In this document: piece by piece, positions 38,293 to 50,679 of the stretch
Numbering within the stretch: the first letter of the stretch is position 1
How the letters are laid out: each line of letters starts with the position of its first letter
Source: Octopus sinensis
Lineage: Eukaryota
Direction: 5' to 3'
NCBI RefSeq assembly: GCF_006345805.1
Contig: NC_043012.1
Coordinates: 1,860,001-1,924,000 of the forward strand
DNA: 64,000 bases
Notes under the pieces: model-generated
Databases searched by the model: none
What the model was told of the DNA's origin: nothing
The model's input: only the letters and a program-made list of their open reading frames with translations
Program-made: the position numbers and the translations under genes

Positions 38293-39194
38293 TAAGGTGA
38301 TATCAAAAGGTTCCCAGACTAGTTATGTTTAATAAAAAAATAACTTATTTACCTAAGTTTTAGCACCATCTCTTTTGGAATAGTCACCTTGTCCAGCAAT
38401 ACACTGGTCCCAGCATTCTTGCCACTTTTGGAATCGAACCTGGAAGTCATTTTCCGTAAGCTAGTTGATTCACTCTTAATCTTGACAACAGTGCTAAAAT
38501 GGTGACCTTTGAGCTGCATTTTCATCTTGGGGAGGAGATGGAAATCCACAGGGGCTAAATCTGATGAATAGGATGGGTGTGGAAGTGATACTATGTTGCT
38601 TTGGGCAAGAATCTCGAGAGTAAGGAGAGCTCAGTGACAGTGCGTTGTCATCATGAAGAATCCTATTCTCTGTGCTCCACAGATCCTGCCGCTTTCACTG
38701 ACCGTCCTCCCACAAATACTTCAAAACTTTGCAGTAGAACTCTCGATTGACAGTCTGGCCCTGAGGGACATATACTCAATGTGCAATACCTCATTTCAGA
38801 GGGTGATGCTCGTGACAGGTCTTTCAGATTGCTCATCATCTCCCAGGGACATTCTTCTACTTTTGAAGTGGTCACGCACCTCAAAACATTGTGTGTGACC
38901 CATTGCCTTGTCACTGTAAGGTTGCTGAAACATGCTCAATGTCTCTGTAGCAGATTTCCCAAGTTCAACTCAAAATTTCACATCGGCTCTTTGTTCCCAT
39001 CGATGACAAAACTGCAGACTACAGCATACACACATGATCACAAAAACACAAATTTCACAGTTTGTGAAGTAAACACAGCGATGTCACTTGGCACACTACC
39101 CCCATGAAGGTCACTGCTAGCTCCTACTGTACATGCAACCATAAGCTGCTGTCTGTTGCTACACAACTAGTCCGGGAACCTTTTGACACCACAT
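38293..39194 (-). mobile_element. Internally deleted, degraded mariner
   Basis: Inverted ends ggtgatatcaaaaggttcccagactag / ctagtccgggaaccttttgacacc. Remnant C-terminal motif W..CWDQCIA.QGDY. Confidence 0.75.
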
Positions 39195-39220
39195 TCTCCC
39201 GCAATACATCACTAATTCCC

Positions 39221-39660
39221 AGGCGGCGAGCTGGCAGAATCATTAGCATGCCGAGCGAAATGCTTAGCGGTATTTCATCTGTCTTTATATTCTGAGTTCA
39301 AATTCAGCCGAGGTTGACTTTGCCTTTCATACTTTTGGGGTTAATAAATTCAGTATCAGTTGTGAACAGGAGGTTAATCTAATCAACTGGCACCCTCCCA
39401 AAAATTTGGGGCCTTGTGCCTAGAGTAGAATAAAATATTATTAGGAATTAAGGCAGCAAGCTGGCAGAACCGTTAGCACGCCGGGCGAAATGCTTAGCGG
39501 TATTTCATCTGTCTTTATGTTCTGAGTTCAAATTCCGCTGAGGTCAACTTTGCCTTTCATCCTTTCAGGGTCGATAAATTAAGTACCAGTTGTGAACCGG
39601 GAGTTAATCTAATCAACTGGCACCCTCCCCAAAAATTTCAGACCTTGTGCCTGAAAAGAA
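39221..39660 (+). mobile_element. Tandem SINE B pair; further copies at about 51610-51790, 53855-54070 and 54190-54410
   Basis: Two near-identical head-plus-core units. Confidence 0.85.
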
Positions 39661-40050
39661 TATACTACTAATTCCATTCACTACTACTACTACTACTACT
39701 ACTACTCTTAACCACATGCTGACACCTGGTTCGTATTATCCCCTGCCCTTCCCCAAATTTTTAAACCTCTCGATATGCTGTACTTTATCAATTTTACTTA
39801 GCTTTCTATGCAAACAAACAAAACTATCCCATTTTCTGTCAATACTAATCACTCGTGCATCACTGTTCTCATTTTCTGCTTGCATATAGCCTGCATATGT
39901 GCACAAGTGTGTGTGTGTGTGTGTGGTTTCATGCAAATATTTCAGGTAAGTGCTGAGATCATCGGATGAAATGCTCTGTCTGTAGAATTCATTCATTGTC
40001 CCTTATGCTCAAAGTTCAAACTTCATTTAACTTTCGTAAAACAATTAGTA

Positions 40051-40445
40051 TACTCTTTTACTTGTTTCAGTCAGTTGACTGTGGCCATGCTGGAGCACCA
40101 CCTTTAGTCGAGCAAATCAACCCCGGGACTTATTCTTTGTAAGCCCAGTACTTATTCTATCGGTCTCTTTTGCCGAACCGCTAAGTGACGGGGACGTAAA
40201 CACACCAGCATCGGTTGTCAAGCAATGCGAGGGGGGACAAACACAGACACACAAGCACACATACATATATATACATATATACGACAGGCTTCTTTCAGTT
40301 TCCGTCTACCAAATCCACTCACAAGGCATTGGTCGGCCCGGGGCTATAGCAGAAGACACTTGCCCAAGATGCCACGCAGTGGGACTGAACCCGGAACCAT
40401 GTGGTTGGTTAGCAAGCTACTTACCACACAGCCACTCCTGTGCCT
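40051..40445 (-). mobile_element. Full-length SINE A
   Basis: Family head and tail are both present. Confidence 0.9.
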
Positions 40446-42204
40446 ATGTATCAGATCTTTTTTTCTTTCTTTTGGTTTAATATACCACAGGGTTCGATAA
40501 TACTGAATAGCGAGAATGATATAACAAAACAAACCACAGTTGTTACCCACCACATCTGTCACTTTAAGTTAGGAATCATTACTTGTATATATTTTCTCTA
40601 TAGGTGGAGTCAAACAGATAAACAGACATAGCAATAAAATTTCGTAAAGAACAGTAGATAGTCAAACATTGTTAACTGGGTAGATACAAACCGATAGACA
40701 GATAAATAGGCAGGCTTTCACATAAAGATAGATTGATACATTGATTGTTAGAGATGTTGTACATACTTGAATATAATGGTCAACAACATCAAAGCGGTGG
40801 CAGACTAAACATGAGTTACACAAATCACTGCAGAGCAAATATTTATATTGATAACTTTGGTTTGCAGTTTTTTTATTTCCTTTTTTCCTTTTTTTTTTTT
40901 TATTGCACACAGCAGTTCAAGTTTGATTAGATGAACAAACAGTTAGGTAGGAGACTGAGGTAGATAGGTGTAGTTATTGATACACATCATCATCATCATT
41001 TAGCGTCCGCTTTCCATGCTAGCATGGGTTGGACGGTTCAACTGGGGTCTGTGAAGCCAGAAGGCTGCATCAGGCCCAGTCTGATCTGGCAGTGTTTCTA
41101 TGGCTGGATGCCCTTCCTAACGCCAACCACTCCGTGAGTGTAGTGGGTGCTTTTTACGTGCCACCCGCACAGATAAATAAATGCAATAAAAAAAAAGAAG
41201 CAAAGATAGATATAGGCGCAGATACGTGCAGGCTTGGCAGTGTGGTAAGAAATTTGCTTCCCAACCACATGATTTCAGGTTCAGTTCCACTGTGTGGAAT
41301 CTTAGGGAAGTACCAGTCTTTAAATAATTACTGGGTTCAATTGATTCAAATAAAACTCTTGAACGTGGTGCCCCAGCATGGCCACAGTCCATTGAGTGAA
41401 ACAAATAAAAGATATTCTTTTATTATTTTACTTGTTTCAGTCATTTGCCTGTGGCCATTCTGGTGCACCACCTTAAAGAGTTGTAGTCGAAGAAATTGAC
41501 CCCCAAAACTTATTCTTTGTAAACCGACTACTTGTTCTATCAGTCACTTTTGCCAGACCACTAAGTTACAGGGATGTAAACACACCAACACTGGTTGTCA
41601 AACGATGGCAGGAGAACAAACTCAGACACAAAGACATAGTTAAATATATGCAAATATCTTTAAACTCCATCCTGTCAACACCTCAGATGTAAAATTCTCC
41701 CCTGAAGAAGGAGGTGGTGTTATCTGATACTGGAACCAAGTAACTATCATTATTCTGAACCATCAGGACCCCAGAAACAGCTGTCAGACTCATAAAACTC
41801 TACCCATTTAACTCCTGATATCATTTACATGTCACCAGCACAGGAGCCAGTCAAGTAGGACTAGCATCGACCATGCTGTAAGTCAGACTATTTTGTATCC
41901 ATACATACATACATTTTCTCTATTACATGTCTTCAATATTCTATGTAAATTAACTTGCCTAACTTGCTTGTCATTACATTTACTCCTCTACTGGCTCAAG
42001 CTAAAATCTCTTGGGCACTTCAAAGTGTATTCTACATAGAGAACACTTGTCTCTAACCTATAAACTATATACCATTTCGTTTTGCAAGATTCCTGATGTG
42101 AAACCGTGTGTTGAAACAGACATTGTTGTATTTCAGGATGGGCACTTTATTTATTTATTTTGCCAAATAAACACTTGCACTATATATATATATATATATA
42201 TATA

Positions 42205-43496
42205 CGAGGGGCGTTCAATAAGTAATGCCTCTGACCCACTTGCAGTTGTTTGATCTAGCTGAAAATTTACATGTGCAATTATTTATATCTCTATAGATTA
42301 AGTGGCAAATTACAGCTCTGAACTAATTGTGGTTTCTGAAATACAGGTGTTTGAACTGAGTCAAGTGTGAAATGGAGCCTGTTGAGTGTCGAGCAGTGAT
42401 CCGGTTTTTGTATTTGAAAGGACGCACACCACAGGAGACTTTTGATGAAATGAAAGTAACTTATGGTGATGATGCCCCATCATATGACCTTGTAAAATGC
42501 TGGCATCGTGAATTCAAACATGGTTGGAACTCTGCGGAAACAGCTCCCAGATCTGGTCGCCCCCCTTCTGCCATTGATGAGGCATCTGTCCGTCAAGTTG
42601 AGGCTGCCATTTTGGAAGATCGACGCATAACTATTCGCCAAATAGCCCATGAGGTCAAGTTTAGTACCGGGTCTGTGGAAACTATCATTCATGATCATTT
42701 GCATATGCAAAAGGTGTCTGCCAGATGGATTCCCAGGTTGCTCACACCTTTCCAGAAGCAAGAACGCGTCGATTGCTCGAGGATGAATTTGGAGATGTGC
42801 CAAGAAGATGAGTCAAAATTTTTCGAAAGACTGATTACACAGGATGAAACCTGGGTCCATCACTATGATCCAGACACCAAAGCCCAGTCAATGCAGTGAA
42901 AGCACCGTGACTCACCTCCTCCAAAGAAGGCAAGGGTGCAGCCCTCCGCTGGCAAGGTCATGCTCACAGTCTTCTGGGGCCAGGACGGAGTAGTGATGAC
43001 AGATTTCCTGGCAAAGGGTACCACAATTACAGGAGCCTATTATGCTTCACTTTTGAGGAAATTAAGAGAAGCTATCAAAATCAAGAGGCGGGGCAAGATC
43101 AGCAAAGGCATCCTCCTCCTGCAGGACAACGCTTCGGTCTACAACTCGCGTGTCGCCAGATCAGAAGCACAGGCGTGCAGCTATTAACTCCTCCCCTATC
43201 CCCCTACTCTCCTGACCTTGCACCCTCTGATTTTCACCTCTTCCCAGCCATGAAGTTGTTTTTGAAAGGAAAGCGTTTCCCAGATGATGCAGCCTTGATT
43301 TCTGAAGTCACGTCGTGGTTGGAGGACCAAGCTGGGGTCTTCTACAAAAACGGTCTCCAGAGTTGCATCAAACGATGGGAGAAATGTGTAACTCTGAGTG
43401 GTTCCTATGTAGAAAAAGACTAATAACTGTGCCAAGTTTCGTTGCTCTACTGCTATGGGAATTGGGTCAGGGGCATTACTTATTGAACACCCCTCG
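42205..43496 (+). mobile_element. Full-length mariner (irritans/Hsmar2-like), 1292 bp, inserted in (TA)n
   Basis: TIRs cgaggggcgttcaataagtaatgcc / ggcattacttattgaacacccctcg. The transposase at 42372-43423 has WIPRLL, TQDETW, QDNA and YSPDLAPSDF, with two nonsense codons (42897, 43185) and one frameshift. Confidence 0.97.
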
Positions 43497-43520
43497 TATA
43501 TATATATATATATATATACC

Positions 43521-43849
43521 TTTTTCTTCATTTGTTTATTACTGTTATTTTATTATTTTAACATCTATCCATCGTCCGAAAATCTTTCGTTTCCGTGTGT
43601 ATTCTTACAAGAACACACACGGAAATGAAAAGTGTTGCTGAAGAGATCACAGATTTGTGACAAAAGATTTTCCAGACAATGGACAGAAGTTAAAATAAAA
43701 TCTTTCGTCACACATCTGTAACCTCTTCAGTGACACTTTTCATTTCCATGTGTGTTCTTGCAAGAGGTCACAGATGTGTGACAAAAGATTTCCAGACAAT
43801 GGACAGACGTTAAAATAATAAAATAACTAATAAACAAGTGAAGAAAAAA
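43521..43849. repeat. Nested palindrome built from PLE terminal-repeat fragments, with three hammerhead cores
   Basis: Outer arms 43521-43590 and 43780-43849. Cores at 43638-43667 (+, GAAA>AAAA), 43701-43730 (-, CUGAAGA-G-GUUAC-AGAUGU-GUGAC-GAAA intact) and 43762-43790 (+, partial). Confidence 0.8.
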
Positions 43850-43997
43850 TATATATATAGTGTGTGTGCGTTTATTTGGCAATGTATATATACATTACAT
43901 ATATATGTATATATTTCTCCCATAAATGTATGTGTGTGTATATATATATATATATATAATATACACACATATATATGTACATATACATATATATGTT

Positions 43998-44548
43998 TAA
44001 ATCCTTAAAAATGTTTTAGCCCGAAGGCTGCGGCCATGCTGGGGCACCACCACTGAATGAGCTACACTAATATGTGAATCCACTTCTGATACGTGGCACT
44101 TGGTCAACAAGGGAGTTCGATGTCACTGCCCACATCTGTGTCTCCTGCCGTGAGGTAGATTCATCTGGGACCCCCGACAAGAAGAGATCCAGTTTAGTTT
44201 TAAAGAAACCCACATCCACACCATGCAAGTCTCTCAGGCATTTAGGGAGGATGTTAAAGAGCTGTGGTCCTCTGAAACCCAAGCTGTTGCAGTATCTGGT
44301 CCTGTATTTTGATGGTGATGTTGGAATCTTTGGCACCATGCAGTGGCGACCCGTTTTGCGGTTGGGGTAGCTTTGAATGCCAAAGTTTGGGACAAGACCC
44401 TCCAGGATTTTCCAGATGTATATCACCGCATATCTCTCCCACCTTCGCTCTAGGGAGAAGAGTTTTAATACTTTCAGTCTTTCCCAGTAGCTGATATGTT
44501 GCATTGAGACGATCTTCTTTGTGTAGCTTCTTTGAATTGCTTCAAGTT
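43998..44548 (-). mobile_element. 3' end of a CR1/L2-group LINE, including its 3' UTR
   Basis: ORF2 C-terminus SYWERLKVLKLFSLERRWERYAVIYIWKILEGLVPN...GPQLFNILPKCLRD...FKTKLDLFL. The 3' UTR ends ggtgccccagcatggccgcagccttcgggctaaaacatttttaagga. Confidence 0.8.
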
Positions 44549-44797
44549 CTGCTTATATTCTTTTATTCATTTCACTCATTTGACTGAGACCATGCTGGAG
44601 AACCACCTTTAGTCAAACAAATCGACCCCCAGGACTTACTTTGTGTAAGCCTAGTACTTATTCTATTGGTCTCTTTTGCCCAACCACTAAGTTACAGGGA
44701 CGTAAATACACCAACATCATTTGTCAAGCAATGGTGGGGAGGGGGACAAACACAGATACACAAACACACACACACACATATGTTTATGTATGTGTGC

Positions 44798-44844
<47 letters not shown>

Positions 44845-45530
44845 TTCAGATGAATATGGTACTTAAGTTAAAGGCACCAGAATTTAGTATGGTATTATCC
44901 ATCTAATTCAAATTGGGTGATTACAATCAAAATAAGCAACGAGGATATCCAGAGGTAATGCAGTACGATCGTTTCATGCGACTCCATTTAATTGAACAAT
45001 GCAAACATTACATCAATTTAAAATGTAGAGCAATCTTCAGCTGCATATTTAATTTTTGACAGTGTCTCAGAAGCTTCAGCTCACTAGCCACCATCAGAGC
45101 GAAATGCACCCGCGCAAGGCCTCCGCCAGTCAAATTAGGCTATATATCTTGCTTCTGCATGTAAGTGTAGACCAGGACAAGGTTTCTTCTGATGAAATTG
45201 CAGTTGTCCATATATGCAAGTCTTCCTGCTCCACACGATCACTGATTTGAAACTGAAGACAGGCAAGGAAGACCCGGCACACCTTGGCACCAGTATTTTC
45301 ACAGCTGTTATACAGTTCAGAACCGGAACAGATAGTGCGACAGTTGCAGCAAAGTTAACTCATTTGGACTCTCAGAATTCCGCTGATCCATTTCCATCGA
45401 TCGAATGGATAAACGGCAAAGTTGGCCTCGACAGGATTTGAACCCAAAGCTCAGATAGTTGAAAGAAATATCACTAAGCAGTTAATACCCGACGCTCTGA
45501 TGCTTCAGCTAACCTCCCTCATATTGTGTG

Positions 45531-45925
45531 TTACTCTTTTACTTGTTTCAGTCATTTGACTGCGGCCATGCTGGAGACCACCTTTAGTCGAGCAAATCGA
45601 CCCCAGGACTTATTCTTTGTAAGCCCAGTACTTATTCTATCAGTCTCTTTTGCCAAACCACTAAGTGACGGGGATGTAAACACACCAGCATCGGTTGTCA
45701 AGCAATGCTAGGGGGACAAATACAAACACATACACACACACACACATATATATATACATATATACAACGGGCTTCTTTCAGTTTCCGTCTACCAAATCCA
45801 CTCACAAGGCATTGGTCGGCCTGGGGCTATAGCAGAAGACACTTGCCCAAGATGCCACACAGTGGGACTGAACCTGGAACCATGTGGTTAGTTAGCAAGC
45901 TACTTACCACGCAGCCACTCCTGTG
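45531..45925 (-). mobile_element. Full-length SINE A
   Basis: Family head and tail are both present. Confidence 0.9.
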
Positions 45926-46307
45926 TGTGTATATGTGTAGACATACATACATATGTACACACACACCCACACACACACGTGTGAGTTCTGCTTAATTCAA
46001 AGACTAGGACCAATGATATGACAAACTTAAAATCAATTTAAAAAGTAAAAGCAAAGCATAGAGCTTTATGAAAAATATGACCTGTACGTCTGCATGTGAA
46101 TGAGAGACAGTGTGATAAAGCAATGAAACACACACAAACGCAAGACTGACCGAAGACAATAAGAGCGATGAAAGGCCATAAACAAATATCTATAAACATT
46201 TACAACAATAGACTGAGAAATATTTGTAACCAACACATTACAATTCACATTCTACTCAAGAAGCAGAGAATGATATATATATAAACTCACATCCCAATAT
46301 ATGCAAT

Positions 46308-46694
46308 ATCTTTATATATAAAAGTGAAGTTGTGTGTCTGTCTCCTACGATTTAGATTCCTAACTACTCCCACATTTTGCGGTGCAGTGTAACTAAAACC
46401 GGGTATCTTATAGTCGTGATTCATATCGAGCCCTTCTGGGTATTAGCGCGCGTCTACGATTTAAAAAAAAATTTTCCATCATTTTTCCCCATTTTTAATG
46501 CATTTTTTTGCTATTATATAAGGGAAGTAACTCTCTAAAAATGTATTATTAAATCTCAGAACGTAAAAAGCTACAGTAACACCCCTCCTTTGAGGTTAGC
46601 CATATTGAGATGGCTATTATACTTTACATCTCTAAAAATGCTTATATAGTTATTTCCCTTACAAACCCGAGCAACGCCGGGCGATACTGCTAGT
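46308..46694 (-). mobile_element. Second Lep1/HINE-like Helitron with the same termini and a different interior
   Basis: The first ~65 nt match 16272-16337 almost exactly. The 3' end is acagacacacaacttcacttttatatataaagat. Confidence 0.7.
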
Positions 46695-47107
46695 TATATA
46701 TATGTATAAGACAACAGGGACGGAAGAATGCCCCAACAAGGCTGCCGAGAACATTTGGTGCAAAAGACAATAAACAATGATGTTAGTATTGACGATGTGA
46801 GTGGATTTGATAGACGGAAACTGAAAGAAGCCCATCATATATGTGTGTGTGTTTGTATGCTTGTCTGTCTCTGTTTGTTCCCCCCCTCCCCCTTCACCAT
46901 CGCTTGACAACTGATGCTGGTGTGTGTACGTCCCCATAACTTAGCAGTTCGGCAAAAAAGGCCGATAGAATAAATACTAGGCTTACAAAGAATAAGTCCC
47001 AGGGTTGATTTGTTTGACTAAAGGTGGTGCTCCAGCATGGCCGCAGTCAAATGACTGAAACAAGTAAAAGAATATATATATGTATATATATATTTATATT
47101 TACTGAC

Positions 47108-47152
<45 letters not shown>

Positions 47153-47385
47153 CAAAATAAGAAAATGGAGAAATACACCTTAAAGGTGTATTTCTCCATT
47201 TTCTTATTTTGTATTATTAATTTGTGGTAAAACATTTTACCTTTGCCCATATAATACAATAAATGAATTAATTGCATCACAATTCTTAACATTTATGTAT
47301 TAACTTTGTTGGGTGCTGTACTGGCAGTATATTGTATATGTGTTATCCCATGGTGGGTTGCACTCACAACCCCTATCTCAATTTG

Positions 47386-47438
<53 letters not shown>

Positions 47439-47719
47439 CTATATTTATAACCCACCATCACTTGACAACCAATGTTGTTGTGTTTACATCCCTGTAACTT
47501 AGCTGTTTGGCAAAACACACCAATAGAATAAGTACTAGACTTACAAAGAATAAATCCTAGAGTCAATTTCTGCACCTAAAAGCAGTGCTCCAGCATGGCT
47601 GCAGTCACATGACCAAAACAAGTAAAACAATAAAAGACTACTGTTCTATATTTAAGACATGGGAAATGATGTACATTATTTATATTCAACAAATATTTGT
47701 CCTCACCTTGTTTGTTGTT

Positions 47720-47765
47720 AACACAACGTTTCGGCTGATATACCCTCCAGCCTTCTTCAGGTGTC
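47720..47765 (-). ncRNA. Minimal type I hammerhead ribozyme motif (PLE type)
   Basis: GACAC-CUGAAGA-A-GGCUG-GAGGGUAUAU-CAGCC-GAAAC-GUU-GUGUU. Stem I is GACAC/GUGUU, stem II has 5 bp, and stem III is the palindrome AACGUU. Confidence 0.9.
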
Positions 47766-48534
47766 TTGGGAAATTTCGAACCTGGGTTCTCATTCCTAAG
47801 GTAATTTTTGACATCCGTATACCGCAAGCCAACCTTTACTGGACGATACCTCAACTTCATTTCCCACCATCCATACAGTGTAAAGAGAGGGATTGCTCAG
47901 TGCCTAAAACATTGTGCAAAGAATATAAGTAGCGATTGTGATACACACCACAAAGAAATGATCAAGCTCAATAATGATCTGTTAAGCAACAACTACCCCA
48001 AAAGTATACTATCCACTCCAATTATGAAAAAGAGAGAGGATGAGGCCTCTCCAAAAAGATACAAAAGATATACAGCCCATATGACATCAGGACAGTAGTC
48101 AAGAGTAATACAAAATTTTGCAAATATCTCCTTCGAGTAAAACCACCAATAGAAGAGAATATGACCAAAGACTGCGTGTACTCCATCCCATGCAGCTGTG
48201 GTAGGTTATACAAAGGCGAAACATGTTGCCCCCTCAAAATAAGGGTAGACGAACATCGCAAAGCTGTGACACAAGGAGATATTGATAAATCGGGTATAGC
48301 TGATCATGTATAGAAAAATGGAGACCATTTCCCCCTGTGGGATGAAGTTAAAATAATAGACAGAGAACACCACTGGAAAATACAAAATCTAAAAGAAGCT
48401 GCACATATGATAGGATACAACAACCTTCTAAGCAGACAGAGTGCAGATATGAGCAACATATAAGAACCGGTATTAAGGAAGGATAGAAAAATATTAGATT
48501 TATAAGCCCTAAAATTCACTCCATAATTGCCCAT

Positions 48535-48607
48535 GGGCATATGACGTAGTGGTTAAAAGTGTGGGCTACTAACCCCAAGATTCTGAGTTCAATTCTAAGC
48601 AGTGACC
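48535..48607 (+). other. tRNA-like module with Pol III A/B boxes inside the Penelope 3' repeat
   Basis: gggcatatgacgtagtggttaaaagtgtgggctactaaccccaagattctgagttcaattctaagcagtgacc is 73 nt. It has an A-box-like tagtggttaa, a GGG-CTACTAA-CCC anticodon-like arm and a B-box-like gagttcaattc. Confidence 0.6.
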
Positions 48608-50089
48608 TGAACAATAATAATAACATCAAAAAATACCTTAGGAATGAGAACCCAGGTTTGAAATTTTCCCAAGAAGGCTGGAGGGTATATCAGCCAAAAT
48701 GTTGAGGACAAATATCCGTCAAACGTAAATGCCATTTTAAACCCAAGCAATGCTGGGTTTCTCTGCTTATATGTGTATATATATATATTTATATATATAA
48801 TCATCCAACCCATGCTAGCATGGAAAGTGGACGTTAAACGATGATGATGATGATATATATATATATTTGGGCCTTACAGTGGGGCCTCATGGAAGCAATG
48901 ACCAAGACCTTTGGCATTACATTGTGCTTGAGAAGACCTGTCAAGCCAAGCAAAGTGGCAGTCGTGGCAGATACCCGTGCTGGTGGCATGTAAAAGTACC
49001 CATAACACTCTTGGAGTGGTTGTCTTTAGGTAGGGCATCCAGCCATAGAAAACCATGCCAAATCAGACTGGAGCCTGGCGCAACCTTCCAGCGTAACAGC
49101 CCAGTCGAACCATCCAATCATACCAGCATGGACAATGGACGATTTGTATTATATATATTTATATGTATTATGTATGTGTGTGTTTATGTAGACACAATTG
49201 ATATGTTAGAGCAAACAGGTATTTTAATGCCTTTTAATATTGTTCCACTGACTGGTAGGTATTATCTACATACCTCTTTTTCTCTGGTGGTAGTGGTGGT
49301 GGTGGTGACAGTGCTGGTAGTGTCAGCCATAGTGATAACAATGGGTATTATACTTGAAAAAATAACGTGTGCCAGTTTCCATAACCAGGCCAAGGAAAAC
49401 TTTTATGAAGTTGGCATACATTTAAAATTTTAGAAATCTAATAATGAATGTGAAAGGTTGGTAGTTTCATAAAATGCAGCCCTGAGAAAAAGTGGGGGGA
49501 GAAGGACTGGGGAATTTAATTTTCTTTCTGAAGCATCCAGAGCAGTCATGGGCAAAGTGCAGCCTCCAGGACTTTCTGAATTGCATGCCTAATGAAAAAT
49601 TAACTTCTGGTTTTTTTTTGGTTTTTTTTGGGGGGGGTTTTTTGCATATGCGCCTGCTTCTCGGAAAAGATTGCCCATGTGGGATCTTAGACAATGAGAC
49701 CAGCAATGGGGGATAATGTGGGCAGCAGCAGTGGGTGTTGTAGTAACAGTACAAGGGTTGGTCAGTAAGGAAGATTTGTTTAGATAAACAGTCCCTTTGT
49801 GATGAAGGAGATTTTGTCTAAAATATGTTTGTACATGTGTACAAATTGTCTATTATAATGCAAAAGATTTTTTTTTTTCCTTTTTGTCTTTTCTACACCT
49901 GGATATGTCACTGCATATATTAGTTAGACACAGAGTGACAGCAATCAACCACTGTTTCTCCTCTCTTCCTTCTTCTCCTTTTTCCTCCACTTCTTCTTCT
50001 CTTAATTCTTCTTCCATTTTTTTCTTCCTCATTCTCCTCTCACTTTCTAATTCTCTTTTCCTCTCAATTACAAACACACACACAGCTCC

Positions 50090-50193
<104 letters not shown>

Positions 50194-50679
50194 CATTTCT
50201 TAATCCCATGTCAGTGGCTTCTTTAAAATATCTCAGCTTTTACAAGATCCACTTTTCTCCTATTTTAGATGATCCTTCTTCCTCCTTGCATATATTTCTC
50301 TTGAAATACTCACTGCTTCATATTTTTCTCACCAATCGCTCGACTTTCAACCTACACTCCCAACCTTACCCCATCATATACAAGTAAATTCTAATAAATC
50401 AGACTCCGGTTTCATTGGCATATATAGGTTCCCCACCTGGACAGGACGAAAATCCGTTCCAGGTGATCTGCTATATGCAGGAGGAAAAAGTGAGAGAAAG
50501 TTGTGGCGAAACAGTCAGCAAAAGTTCGCCATTACCTTCTGCCAGAACCACATGGAGCTTGGGTGTTTTGCTCATAAACATACATTGCCTGGTTTGTGAT
50601 TCGAACCTGTGATCCCTCAACCGCGAGTCTGCTGCTCTAACCACTGGGCCATGTGCCTCCACACACATCTGCTTAGAAC

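Larger units (their letters stand above)
47672..48730 (+). mobile_element. Penelope/Poseidon-type PLE, 5'-truncated and internally deleted, with an inverted 3'-repeat copy at its 5' end
   Basis: RT thumb TSVYRKPTFTGRYLNFISHHPYSVKRG from 47808. GIY-YIG domain CVYSIPCSCGRLYKGET...RVDEH...IADH at about 48170-48500. 47672-47812 (-) is an inverted copy of 48625-48730 (+). Confidence 0.9.

Noticed and set aside
50418-50478. Hairpin cacctgga...tccaggtg containing ggacgaaa, as a hammerhead or pre-miRNA
   Set aside because: There is no CUGANGA and pairing outside the 8-bp core is weak. It abuts a SINE D tail and is probably repeat-derived.
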